Assembly: GCA_036265615.1 (NCBI GenBank)
Contig: DATAOT010000122.1
Span: 10,526 to 74,525, forward strand
DNA length: 64,000 nucleotides
Origin: Aestuariivirgaceae bacterium
GTDB taxonomy: Bacteria; Pseudomonadota; Alphaproteobacteria; Rhizobiales; Aestuariivirgaceae
Reading direction: 5' to 3'
Position numbers and translations under genes: made by a program. The notes under the pieces are model-generated. The model was not told the DNA's origin and did not search any database. It saw nothing but the letters and a program-made list of their open reading frames with translations. Positions 44,266 to 53,688 of the stretch are shown piece by piece; within the stretch, counting starts at the first letter, position 1, and every line of letters starts with the position of its first letter.

Positions 44266-45096
44266 TCAGCCGAGGAGACCGCCCAAGGTCTTGCCCCTGC
44301 TGCCGCGAGCCATCAGCCAAGCGGCAATGGCGATCCCGACCATGCTGACAATCAACATCATAACCGCGAGCGCTGCGACGTCGCCTTTGAGGCCCGCCTT
44401 CATTGCGGACAGAATGTAGATCGGGAAGGTCGATGTCCCTGGGCGCTGCACGAAGAGCGAAATGATCACATCGTCGAATGAGAATGTGAAAGAGAGGAGG
44501 AGACCGGCCAGCACGGCAGGGAACATCAGTGGCAGCGTGATATCGAGAAAGCTGCGCCAGGGCAGTGCTCCGAGATCGGCTGCAGCGTGTTCCAGACTCT
44601 CGCCCAAGCCTTCGGCCCGGGCCCTGACGATCAACGCCACAACCGCAACGTTGAACAGAGAATGGCCTATCGACAGCCGGATGATGCCGTCGAATATGCC
44701 AAGACGGTCGAACCAGATCATCTGGCCGATGGCCGACACCAGTTCCGGTATCCCCAGAATGACGAAGATCAACGCGATATACGGTATCGTCCACGGGCCC
44801 TTGCGACGCGCCAGTGCGATGCCGGCAAACACGCCCAAAGCGACGGCAATGGCGGCATTGATCAGGGCGGTACGGATGGAGACCAAAAGGGCACTCAAGG
44901 CGCGAGGGTTGTCGATCGCCTCGCCATACCAGTGGGTCGACCATTCGGTCCAGACATAGAGGTTCCGTCCGCCGTTGAAGCTGTAGATGACGATCACGAG
45001 AATCGGCAGATACAGAAAGACGAAGATCGCCGTCATCCAGGCGAGCAGGACAATGCGGCCGCCATTCGTCGGCCGGTGCTTTGGCGGGGCCGTCAC
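44266..45096 (-). CDS. Polyamine-type ABC transporter permease (PotC/PotI-like)
   Basis: GTG 45096 overlaps the upstream stop. VFLYLPILVIVIYSFNGG N-terminus and EAA-loop LEHAAADLGALPWRSFLDITLP. Confidence 0.85.
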   Translation of the reverse strand: MTAPPKHRPTNGGRIVLLAWMTAIFVFLYLPILVIVIYSFNGGRNLYVWTEWSTHWYGEAIDNPRALSALLVSIRTALINAAIAVALGVFAGIALARRKGPWTIPYIALIFVILGIPELVSAIGQMIWFDRLGIFDGIIRLSIGHSLFNVAVVALIVRARAEGLGESLEHAAADLGALPWRSFLDITLPLMFPAVLAGLLLSFTFSFDDVIISLFVQRPGTSTFPIYILSAMKAGLKGDVAALAVMMLIVSMVGIAIAAWLMARGSRGKTLGGLLG

Positions 45097-46016
45097 AGCG
45101 GTGCTCCCCGCAGGAGCCCGAGAAGGCGCTGGGCTGTCATGAGCAGGAGGCCGGCAACGATGAGCACGCCGGCAAGCAGCCCAATGAGCATCACCGCCAT
45201 TGCAGAGCCGAGGGGCAGGTTCTGCGAGGCCAAGATCTGCGTCGCAATGAGGTTCCCGACCATCAGGCCTTTGGTGCCGCCGAGAATGGTCGGGACGACG
45301 TAGTCGCCGGCCGCCAGAATGAAGGTGAGAACCAGCCCGCCAAACAGGCCGGGAGCCGCAAGCGGCATCGTGACCTGCAGAAAGGTGCGCAGCGGTCCGG
45401 CACCGAGATCCATGCTCGCCTTGATCAAGGATGTGTCGATCCGCTCGAGCGCGACGTAGATCGGAAGCACCATGACCGGCAGGTAGTTGTAGATGATGCC
45501 GAGCTGCACCGCGGCGTTGGTATCGAGGATGAGCAACGGCCTGCCCAGGATTCCAACGGATTGCAGAATGTCGGACAGGGTGCCTTGCGGAGCCAGAATG
45601 ATGCGCCAGGCAAAAGTGCGCAGGAGAAAGCTCGTCCAGTATGGAACGATCAGCAGGAACACGAAAATCGAGCGCCAACGCTGTGGCACGTGCATGGCGA
45701 TGGCATAAGCGACAGGAAAGCCGAGAAGCGCGCACAGGATGGTGCCGAGTCCGGCAGTGCGCATCGTGATCTGGAACACACGGAAGAATATCTCGCTCAG
45801 GGCCTGCCAGTAATTGTCAAACGACAGAACCTCGAGCGCGACCGGGCCTGCCGCAACAGCGGTCGGGCGCGAGCCGAAGCTGTACAGAATGATCCAGAAC
45901 AACGGGATGATGAAGAAAAAGGTCCACCAGGCCAGGGCCGGCCAGGCCATCACCCAGCGCGGCATCAGTCGTCGATGCATCCGGAGCGGCACTTCAGCTG
46001 AGGTCAGCGCGGGCAA
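45093..46016 (-). CDS. Polyamine-type ABC transporter permease (PotB/PotH-like)
   Basis: Multi-TM, with EAA-loop LIKASMDLGAGPLRTFLQVTMP. Confidence 0.85.
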   Translation of the reverse strand: MPALTSAEVPLRMHRRLMPRWVMAWPALAWWTFFFIIPLFWIILYSFGSRPTAVAAGPVALEVLSFDNYWQALSEIFFRVFQITMRTAGLGTILCALLGFPVAYAIAMHVPQRWRSIFVFLLIVPYWTSFLLRTFAWRIILAPQGTLSDILQSVGILGRPLLILDTNAAVQLGIIYNYLPVMVLPIYVALERIDTSLIKASMDLGAGPLRTFLQVTMPLAAPGLFGGLVLTFILAAGDYVVPTILGGTKGLMVGNLIATQILASQNLPLGSAMAVMLIGLLAGVLIVAGLLLMTAQRLLGLLRGAPL

Positions 46017-46028
46017 AGTCGATGCTCT

Positions 46029-47126
46029 TCAAGGCTTTCCCTGCCTTGCCTCCAATTCTTCGTACGGGAACAGATTGAAAGATTCGGGTTCCCAATATGC
46101 CCAGACTTCAGCGCCTTCCGGCAGACTTCCGCTGGCCCGGCGCGGCATCCGGCTCAACAGCTCACGACCGCCCGGAAGAGCCAGAACGAATTCCATCGTG
46201 TCGCCCAACATCACGGTCGCCGCAATCCGCGCCTTCAGCCGATTCCGCACGGCGGGCTCCTCGCCGGCAAGCAGCACATTCTCGGGACGGACAGCGCCGA
46301 GCACATGTGCATCGCGGGTGAGCCCCCGAGCAGCCCGGCGGGCCTCGAACATGGCGTCGTGCTCGGCGCGCATGAGAAGGCTGTCGTCCACGCGGTAACC
46401 TGGAAGGAAATTCTGCGTGCCGATGAAGCCGGCGACAAAGGCGGTTGCCGGCCTGTCGTAGAGTTCCGCCGGTGCACCGAGCTGTTCGACGCGGCCATGG
46501 CGCATGACGGCAATGCTGTCCGACATCGCCAAAGCCTCTTCCTGGTCGTGAGTGACAAAGATGAAGGTAATGCCGAGCTGGCTCTGCAGAAGCTTGAGCT
46601 CCACCTGCATCTGCTGGCGGAGCTTGCGGTCGAGGGCGCCGAGCGGCTCGTCGAGCAGGAGGACGGAGGGCCGCTTGACCAAGGCGCGGGCCAGCGCAAT
46701 CCGCTGCTGCTGGCCGCCGGAAAGCTGGTTTGGCCGCCGATCCGCGAACCTCAGCATCTCGACCATGTCAAGAGCCTCGCGCACGCGCTTCTTGCGTTCT
46801 GCTGCCGGCACTCCGTCCTGGCGGAGCCCATAGGCGACGTTCTCCGCGGCATTCATATGGGGAAACAATGCGTAGTTCTGAAAGACGGTATTCACGTCGC
46901 GGCGGTAGGGAGCGAGCATGGTGACATCGCGGCCAGCGATCCGAACAGTGCCGTAATCCGGCAGTTCGAAGCCGCCGATCATCCGCAGGATGGTGGATTT
47001 GCCGGCGCCCGAGGGACCAAGCAGCGAGATGAACGATCCCTTGCGGATGGCCAGCGAGACGTCGTCTACAGCCGTGAACGGGCCATAAAGCTTGCTTACA
47101 CGCTCCAGTTCGACGTCCGCTGCCAT
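46029..47126 (-). CDS. Polyamine-type ABC transporter ATP-binding protein (PotA/PotG-like, with C-terminal TOBE-like domain)
   Basis: [35 protein letters not shown], plus a ~120-aa C-terminal regulatory domain. Confidence 0.9.
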   Translation of the reverse strand: MAADVELERVSKLYGPFTAVDDVSLAIRKGSFISLLGPSGAGKSTILRMIGGFELPDYGTVRIAGRDVTMLAPYRRDVNTVFQNYALFPHMNAAENVAYGLRQDGVPAAERKKRVREALDMVEMLRFADRRPNQLSGGQQQRIALARALVKRPSVLLLDEPLGALDRKLRQQMQVELKLLQSQLGITFIFVTHDQEEALAMSDSIAVMRHGRVEQLGAPAELYDRPATAFVAGFIGTQNFLPGYRVDDSLLMRAEHDAMFEARRAARGLTRDAHVLGAVRPENVLLAGEEPAVRNRLKARIAATVMLGDTMEFVLALPGGRELLSRMPRRASGSLPEGAEVWAYWEPESFNLFPYEELEARQGKP

Positions 47127-47144
47127 AGCCCCGCCGGCCCCCGT

Positions 47145-48248
47145 TTACTGCGCCGCTGCAGCCTTGAACTTCGTGAGAATCGCCACGCGGCGGTCATAGG
47201 TCTCGTTGCGCACCGTGCGCTCGCCGCGCTTGAGGGCATCGGACGGCGGGAAAATCAGGGGGTCGCCGGCAATCTTGCTATCGAGATGGGCTTCGGTTCC
47301 GGTGACGGGAGACAGGAAGCCGGTATAAGTGATCTCGCGAGCGGCGATGACGGGGTTCAAAACATAGTTCATCCAGGAGTGTGCAGCCTTCAGGTTCTTG
47401 CCGCCGACCGGCAGATGATAGCTGTCGAGCCACAGCTCGGATTTGGGCTCGGGATAGACGAACACCAGATTGGGATTCTTCGAGGAGTCGATGGCCTGCT
47501 TGGCATTGCCATTCCAGCATTGGGCGAGGATGACGGACCCCGATGCGACGTCCTGCACAGGATAAGAGTTGAAGGTCTTGATGTGCTTGGCGAGCGTCTC
47601 GACCCTGGTTTCGGCATCCTTGATGGCGGATTCATCGGTCGTATTCCATGACAGGTCCTTCGACCAGAAGAGCGGCGCAATGGCCAAGGCATCGTCAAGC
47701 AGCGACGTCCGCCCACTGCCCTCGTTCTGAACGGCCTCCAGAAAATCGGCCCAGCTCTTCATCGGCCGGGTGATGACCGACTTGTCGTAGATGAAACCTT
47801 CCGAACCCGTGCTCTTCGGGACCGTGTAGGCGTTTTCGGGATCAAAGTCGGGATGTGCAAATTCCGGTCGAATATTGCCGATATTCGGAATGAGCGACTT
47901 GTTGAGCTTCTGGATGAGCTTCTTGTCGATCAGCAGCTTGATCATGAAATCGGTGTTCATGCCGAGATCGTAACCGCTGTTGCCCTGGGCCAGCTGCAAC
48001 TTGGAATACATCTCATCGTTGCTGGCATAGTTGTCGTAGATCAGCTTGCTGTTGTTGGCCTTCTCCCAATCGGACACGTCGTTGGGGCTGATGTAGTCGG
48101 CCCACCCCATCATGCTGAGCTGCGGCTCGACCGCGGCAAAGGCTGTGTCGCAGCGCGGCCACACGCCGAGCAAGGCTGCAGTGGAAAGAGCGCCGACAAG
48201 AGCGCGGCGGTCGATCGGAAGCCGGCTGTTGCGGACATACGACGTCAT
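47145..48248 (-). CDS. Polyamine-type ABC transporter substrate-binding protein (PotD/PotF family)
   Basis: Start at ATG 48248 (GGGAGA upstream). Tat-like N-terminus (IDRRALVGALSTAALLG). PotF-like LSMMGWADYISPN. Confidence 0.8.
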   Translation of the reverse strand: MTSYVRNSRLPIDRRALVGALSTAALLGVWPRCDTAFAAVEPQLSMMGWADYISPNDVSDWEKANNSKLIYDNYASNDEMYSKLQLAQGNSGYDLGMNTDFMIKLLIDKKLIQKLNKSLIPNIGNIRPEFAHPDFDPENAYTVPKSTGSEGFIYDKSVITRPMKSWADFLEAVQNEGSGRTSLLDDALAIAPLFWSKDLSWNTTDESAIKDAETRVETLAKHIKTFNSYPVQDVASGSVILAQCWNGNAKQAIDSSKNPNLVFVYPEPKSELWLDSYHLPVGGKNLKAAHSWMNYVLNPVIAAREITYTGFLSPVTGTEAHLDSKIAGDPLIFPPSDALKRGERTVRNETYDRRVAILTKFKAAAAQ

Positions 48249-48310
48249 GGGCTTTTCTCCCTGTGGTGGCAACCCTGCTTCTTGTTGTCGGGGCAGAGCT
48301 TATCGGTTTT

Positions 48311-49309
48311 TCAGCCGCCAGTGGAAGGGGCTGGGCGGGCGGCGAGACGCGTCTCAGGAACGGGCGTGAGCGGCCGGCCGGTCGAGAACCATTCCGCGAG
48401 ATTGTCGACGACCAGATCTGCCATGGCACGGCGCGTGTGCTCGGATGCAGAGCCGACATGGGGAAGCAAGGTCGCGTTCGGGGCATCGAGCAGCGCCTGC
48501 GGCACATTCGGCTCGTCAGCGAAGACATCGAGGCCGGCAGCGGCGATCGTGCCGTTCGCCAGAGCCTCGACGAGAGCCGCCTCGTCGACGGTGCGGCCGC
48601 GGCCGATATTGATGAGAACGCCGTTCGGTCCGAGCGCAGCCAGGATATCGGCGTCCACGACCATCTCGGTGGCCGGCCCCCCGGGCACCACCGAGATCAG
48701 GGTGTCCACCGCTGCGGCAAGCTCCTTCAGCGTCGGATAATAGCGGTAACCGACCCCGGTCACCGGCCGCCGGTTATGATAGGCGATGGGGAGACCAAAG
48801 GCCTCGAGCCTTCGGGCAATGGCAAGCCCGATGCGGCCGAGCCCGTGAATTCCGATGCTGCGGCCGCGCAGCGTCATCGGTGTCAGCGGATACATCCCAT
48901 CGCGAACCCAACGTCCGGCGCGCAGCCAGGCCTCAGCACGCGGCAACTCGCGCACGGTATTGATCAGCAGCCCGATCGCGGTATCGGCCACCTCCTCGGT
49001 CAGGACATCGGGCGTGTTGGTCACGACAACGTTGCGCATGGCTGCTTCAGCGGCCGCGGTCATGTCATAGCCCACGCCGAAGAGGGCGATGATCTCGAGC
49101 CGGGGCAAGCCGTCGACAAAGGCGGCGCTGAATCCGGCAAAGGACGCAACGCCGCGCACGGCGGGGCGGACCGCCGCATCCACGAGGCTGGCATCCGGGC
49201 GGCCGATTGTGACCACGCGGAACAGCTTCTCGAGGCGCCGCAATGCGTGCTCCTGGGGCCTGCTCAGCACCACCACGATCGTCGGCAGGGCAGCGGACGC
49301 CGATGTCAT
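48311..49309 (-). CDS. D-isomer-specific 2-hydroxyacid dehydrogenase (glyoxylate/hydroxypyruvate reductase-like)
   Basis: Start at ATG 49309 (AGGA upstream). GIHGLGRIGLAIARR NAD motif, LINIGRG, catalytic-region LPHVGSAS. Confidence 0.85.
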   Translation of the reverse strand: MTSASAALPTIVVVLSRPQEHALRRLEKLFRVVTIGRPDASLVDAAVRPAVRGVASFAGFSAAFVDGLPRLEIIALFGVGYDMTAAAEAAMRNVVVTNTPDVLTEEVADTAIGLLINTVRELPRAEAWLRAGRWVRDGMYPLTPMTLRGRSIGIHGLGRIGLAIARRLEAFGLPIAYHNRRPVTGVGYRYYPTLKELAAAVDTLISVVPGGPATEMVVDADILAALGPNGVLINIGRGRTVDEAALVEALANGTIAAAGLDVFADEPNVPQALLDAPNATLLPHVGSASEHTRRAMADLVVDNLAEWFSTGRPLTPVPETRLAARPAPSTGG

Positions 49310-49460
49310 GGCCGATCCTTTCGATTTTCTGTGGATATGATTCACTTCCTACGTTTTCTCGTTACAAACATACCCAGCCAAGACTCTACCCTGGCTGAAG
49401 GGGAATTGATTCGGTTGCGGGGATCAGGCCGGACCTGCACGCGTCGCTTTTGCGGGGAGC

Positions 49461-50162
49461 TTGCGCGTGAATGGAATTTTCGGACATCGAGTCATCGCAG
49501 GGATCTGGGCTGCGATGCTGTTCTGCCTGGCGGGCAATCTGGCGGCGGCCGGCGAGCTGCGAACCCTTCAACTCTATCACGTGCACACCGGTGAATCGCT
49601 GACGATCACCTACAAGCGCGATGGTCAGTACATTCCTTCGGCGATGGCTCAGCTCGATTACTTCCTGCGGGACTGGCGGCGGAGCGGCCTGATCAGCATG
49701 TCGGCGGAGACCATCGATTTGATGTGGGAGCTGCATCAGGAACTTGGCTCGAAGGCGCCGATCAGGATCATCTGCGGCTTCAGGTCGGCGGAAACCAACG
49801 CCCTGCTGAAGCGGATTGGCCGGCATGTCGCGACGCGCAGCCAGCACATTCTCGGGCGAGCCATCGACTTGCAGTTCCCCGATGTTCCCCTGGAAAGGCT
49901 GCGGAACAGCGCACTGGTGCGGCAGGCCGGCGGTGTCGGCTACTATCCTGGCGGCAGCGGCGGTTTCGTTCATATCGATTCGGGCAATGTGCGGCACTGG
50001 CCCTGGATCAGCAAGACGAAGCTCGCAGAAATCTTCGCCGAATATACCGGTTCGATCGGCGAGAAGGCGCGACAGCCCTCGGATTCGCAGATGGCGAGCA
50101 ACGAGGAAAGAACGGTGACCGTTCCGGCGCCTCGTCCGAAGCCGGTACGGAACTTTCCCTAG
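49461..50162 (+). CDS. DUF882 / peptidase M15A (YcbK/MepK-like) protein
   Basis: LQLYHVHTGESLTITY, ICGFRSAETN, SQHILGRAIDL and GGFVHIDSG are hallmark DUF882 zinc-peptidase motifs. N-terminal signal present. Confidence 0.8.
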   Translation: MRVNGIFGHRVIAGIWAAMLFCLAGNLAAAGELRTLQLYHVHTGESLTITYKRDGQYIPSAMAQLDYFLRDWRRSGLISMSAETIDLMWELHQELGSKAPIRIICGFRSAETNALLKRIGRHVATRSQHILGRAIDLQFPDVPLERLRNSALVRQAGGVGYYPGGSGGFVHIDSGNVRHWPWISKTKLAEIFAEYTGSIGEKARQPSDSQMASNEERTVTVPAPRPKPVRNFP

Positions 50163-50199
50163 AGCGCAGTGAAACATCGAACCCCGATGCCCGGCAACT

Positions 50200-51897
50200 T
50201 CAGGACCAATCGCGCTTTTCATCAAGGCCGGCCAGCACCTCAATCGGCACCGGCTTGATTGGCGGCCGCGGTGCCGGAAAGTCGGCCTCGGAGGGTCGGC
50301 GCCCATCTTGCCGCGCAAGCATGTCGACCGCCAGCGGCCCGCAATAACGACCCTGGCAGCGGCCCATGGCAAGTCGGGTGGCACGCTTGATGCTCCCGAT
50401 CGGCGCGCCAGACAGCACGAATTCCTCGAGAGAGCGCGCCTCTATCTCTTCGCAGCGACAGATGATGGCTTCAGCAGAAGGACCATCGGCAAGCTCGGCG
50501 ATCGGCTTGAACAATTGCCATAGCGCCTGCTGAAATCGGCGCTGCCGCCCGAGACTGGCGCGCGCCGCCATGGCGTGGTTCAGGGCGGCTGCAGAGGGGC
50601 TGGCGCCGATATCGATGGCGGCAGTCAGTCCAGCGATGATGCCTTCCGCCTCGGCGGCGCGGGCACCGCCGAGGCCGGTTGCGTCACCGATGGCGAAGAC
50701 GGCGTCGATGCTTGTCCGGCAATTCTCGTCGTGGGTCGTTCTCAGGCAACCGGCGGCCGCATCATAGTGGTGGCGACATCCAAGCAGCCGTGCGAGTTCA
50801 TTGGACGGCAGAAAGCCATAACCCATGCAAACCACGTCCGCCGCGAAGCTTCGGCCGTCCATCAAGGTGGCGGTGAGTTGATCGCCGGCCTCGATCCGGC
50901 CGATTGCCGCGGCGTGAAGGAAGGGAATCCGACCTGCCTTGAGCGCTGCGACATAGCGCATGCCGTCGATCGTCAGAGCAGGAGCGCTGATCGCCATTCG
51001 CGCAAGTTGGCGAAGGTTGCAGAGACCAGGGCGCGGGGCAGCCTCGAGGAGGGCAATGATCGTCGCCCCCGCCCGGTGCAGTTCAAGTGCGACCTGGAGA
51101 TTGAGCGGCCCGTTGCCGGCAATCAGAACCCGGCGCCCCGCCACGACACCGTAACTTCTGAGCAAGGTCTGCGCTGCGCCGGTGGTCATGACGCCAGGCA
51201 GGGTCCAGCCCGGTACCGGGCGAGCGCGTTCGAATGCTCCGGTCGCCAGTATCAAGCGCCGGCTGCGGACCGTTGCCGCCCTGCCCTCCGATTCGACGAC
51301 AACGGCTGGCGGCAGCGCCGCATTGAGCACCGTGCCTCGAACGATCTCGATCCCTGCTGCTTTGGCCCTCGCAATCAGGTCCCGGCCCTTGCTGAATTGC
51401 ACATCGGCGCGCTGTCGCCGCGGCAGCGGCAGTTCGGGGATGGGCTGCTTGTAGAACTGGCCGCCTGGAACGGGCCGGTCGTCGACCAGCACGACCCTGA
51501 CTCCGGCTTCGGCGGCCACTGCTGCGGCGCTCAGACCGGCGGGCCCGCCGCCGACGACCAGAACATCGCAATCCTGCGGCAGCTGGATGGATGATGCCGG
51601 CGCCTTCGGCCGATGCGCCCGCGGCAGTTCCTGGCCCGCGATGCGCATGCCGGGTTCGAGCTTGGTCATGCAGGCACGCTGGTTGGACGTGCCGTCGATC
51701 TCGACCAAACAGTCCTCACACACGCCCATGCCGCAGAAAAGCCCGCGCGCACTGCCATTGCGGGTGCGCCTTATCGACAAAATACCGGCTGCAGTGAGGG
51801 CTGCCGCAACGGTTTCGCCTTTGCGGCCTTCAATCTCACGACCTTCGAAGACAAAGGTCAGGCGATCGGAGGCGAGGGGCGCGAAGCTGGCGCGCAT
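50200..51897 (-). CDS. Opine oxidase subunit A / HcnA-HcnB-like fusion: [2Fe-2S] + FAD/NAD(P) oxidoreductase + BFD-like [2Fe-2S]
   Basis: N-terminal FEGREIEGRKGETVAAAL..CGMGVCEDCLVEIDG (2Fe-2S). DVLVVGGGPAGLSAA and VLIAGNGPLNLQVA dinucleotide folds. C-terminal CRCEEI...GRCQGRYC. Confidence 0.8.
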   Translation of the reverse strand: MRASFAPLASDRLTFVFEGREIEGRKGETVAAALTAAGILSIRRTRNGSARGLFCGMGVCEDCLVEIDGTSNQRACMTKLEPGMRIAGQELPRAHRPKAPASSIQLPQDCDVLVVGGGPAGLSAAAVAAEAGVRVVLVDDRPVPGGQFYKQPIPELPLPRRQRADVQFSKGRDLIARAKAAGIEIVRGTVLNAALPPAVVVESEGRAATVRSRRLILATGAFERARPVPGWTLPGVMTTGAAQTLLRSYGVVAGRRVLIAGNGPLNLQVALELHRAGATIIALLEAAPRPGLCNLRQLARMAISAPALTIDGMRYVAALKAGRIPFLHAAAIGRIEAGDQLTATLMDGRSFAADVVCMGYGFLPSNELARLLGCRHHYDAAAGCLRTTHDENCRTSIDAVFAIGDATGLGGARAAEAEGIIAGLTAAIDIGASPSAAALNHAMAARASLGRQRRFQQALWQLFKPIAELADGPSAEAIICRCEEIEARSLEEFVLSGAPIGSIKRATRLAMGRCQGRYCGPLAVDMLARQDGRRPSEADFPAPRPPIKPVPIEVLAGLDEKRDWS

Positions 51898-51898
51898 T

Positions 51899-52834
51899 TC
51901 AGGCGCGCTTGCGACGACAGGCCAGGAGCGCCATCAATTCGCGATCTCGCCAGCCAACTCGGTCGTTCCAATCCTCGAGCCGCAAGGCGGCACGACGTTC
52001 GGCAATTACCGCGTCGATCGCCTTCTGCGTCCAATTGCCATGCTCGCCGCGCTCGGCACCCATTCGGACATAGGCCGGAAGCATGCGGCGAGCATGGGCG
52101 GCGATGCCGCCTCGGGTATTGAGGTCCAGCGCCTCGAAGGGGCCGACCACGGACCAGCGCAGACCAAGCCCGTCGCGCATCAACAGATCGATTTCGGCCG
52201 CGGTGACAGCGCCATCCTCGATCAGTGCATAGGCTTCCCGCAGGAGTGCCCCCTGGAGCCGGTTGAAGATGAAACCGTCCTTCTCGACGCGAACCCTGAT
52301 CGGCGACAGGTCGCAGGCACGCATGAGGGCTTCGCTGTCAGCAATGGCTTTCGGAGTGGTGAACGGCGCAGGGCAGATCTCGGCAATGCGCAGAAGGAAG
52401 GGCGGGTTGCCTGGATGAACGACAAGAAAGCGCTCGCGCCCTTGCATGTTCGACGCCAGTTGCGAGATCGGAATGAAGGATGACGAGCTCGCGATCACAG
52501 AATCGGCGGCGGCAAGCCGGGCCAGTGCCAAGAACACTTCATGCTTCGTCTGGCGGTCCTCGGGGGTGCATTCCTGGACATAGGCGGCGCCGCTCACCGC
52601 CCGGTCGAGATCGGTCGTCGAACCGATGCGGGCCGCAATCACCTCCGGCGCCTCGCCGAGCAGTCCGAAGTGAGCAAGGTCCCGCAGCCGGGCCGCCAGG
52701 AGCTGCTCAGCCTCGGTGAGGCGGTCAGCGCTGACATCGTGAAGCCTCACCTCGCGGCCGGCAGCAGCGAAGACGAGCGCCCAGCCCGCACCGATGCTGC
52801 CAGCGCCGATGACGGCGATGGGATTCGCAGTCAT
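51899..52834 (-). CDS. 3-hydroxyacyl-CoA dehydrogenase family protein (NAD-binding; L-carnitine dehydrogenase-like)
   Basis: Start at ATG 52834. IAVIGAGSIGAGWALVFAAAG Rossmann motif and HPGNPP-type catalytic region (VVHPGNPPFLL). Confidence 0.8.
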   Translation of the reverse strand: MTANPIAVIGAGSIGAGWALVFAAAGREVRLHDVSADRLTEAEQLLAARLRDLAHFGLLGEAPEVIAARIGSTTDLDRAVSGAAYVQECTPEDRQTKHEVFLALARLAAADSVIASSSSFIPISQLASNMQGRERFLVVHPGNPPFLLRIAEICPAPFTTPKAIADSEALMRACDLSPIRVRVEKDGFIFNRLQGALLREAYALIEDGAVTAAEIDLLMRDGLGLRWSVVGPFEALDLNTRGGIAAHARRMLPAYVRMGAERGEHGNWTQKAIDAVIAERRAALRLEDWNDRVGWRDRELMALLACRRKRA

Positions 52835-52855
52835 GTCGACAGACTGTCTCCAAGT

Positions 52856-52866
52856 CGCAATTTGCG
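52856..52866. promoter_or_regulatory. Palindrome CGCAA-T-TTGCG in divergent promoter region
   Basis: Perfect 5+5 dyad. It shares the GCAA-N-TTGC core with the 55816-55832 dyad. Lies between the 3-HCDH operon (-) and an SDR gene (+). Confidence 0.3.
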
Positions 52867-52920
52867 TATAGGCTAAGCCATGTTTGCGGCGCTTGGAACA
52901 CCATAGAACGGGAGGCACGC

Positions 52921-53688
52921 ATGTTCGAACTGACCGGCAGGACGATCCTGGTGACCGGTGCTTCGAAGGGAATTGGAGCTGCCATCGTCGAGGCGCTCGG
53001 AGCGGCAGGAGGGCATGTGGTGGCGCATTTCGGCTCCGACCGTCGGGGGGCCGAGGCAGCCACCGCCCAGATTCCGCGCGAACGCGTCAAGCTGATCGGC
53101 GCCGATCTTGTCGATGCTGCGGCAGCGGACCAGCTCTGGCAGGAGGCGGTCAGCTGGCGCGGTCGGATCGATGTTCTCGTCAACAATGCCGCGGTGATGC
53201 GCCTCGAAGGCGGAATCACCGACAGCGACGATGTCTGGGACAGGGTGTGGGCAGAGGCCCTGCAGGTGAATGTCCTGGCCCCTGCCCGGCTGATGCGGCA
53301 TGCCGTGCGCCACTATCTCGAGCAGCGGGGCGGCATTCTCATCACTCTGTCGAGCTGGGCTGCCCAGCGCGGCCCGGGAAATCCGGCCCTCATCGCCTAT
53401 GCGGCCTCGAAGGGTGCAATTCTTTCTGCCACCAAGGCAATTGCCCGCAACTATGCCAAGGACAATATCCTCGCCTATAGCGTCGCTCCTGGGGTGGTGC
53501 GCACCCGGCTTTCCGAGCAGGCGTCGGCGGCGACCGGCGGCGAAGCAGCGGTGACGGCAACGCTGGCCATGGGCGAATGGGTTCCGCCTTCCGACCTCGG
53601 CAGCCTGATGGTCTTTCTGGCAAGCGGCGCCTGTCGGCACCTCTCGGGCGCAACTCTCGATGTCAATGGTGCGAGCTATATCCGCTAA
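52921..53688 (+). CDS. SDR family oxidoreductase
   Basis: TGASKGIGAA, NNAA, YAASKGA motifs. Convergent with the OYE gene (4-nt overlap). Confidence 0.85.
   Translation: MFELTGRTILVTGASKGIGAAIVEALGAAGGHVVAHFGSDRRGAEAATAQIPRERVKLIGADLVDAAAADQLWQEAVSWRGRIDVLVNNAAVMRLEGGITDSDDVWDRVWAEALQVNVLAPARLMRHAVRHYLEQRGGILITLSSWAAQRGPGNPALIAYAASKGAILSATKAIARNYAKDNILAYSVAPGVVRTRLSEQASAATGGEAAVTATLAMGEWVPPSDLGSLMVFLASGACRHLSGATLDVNGASYIR

Noticed and set aside
52838-52848. 11-bp palindrome GACAGACTGTC immediately upstream of the 3-HCDH start codon.
   Set aside because: It lies within 4-14 nt of the ATG, where a ribosome-binding site is expected. It is short and has no second copy in the window.
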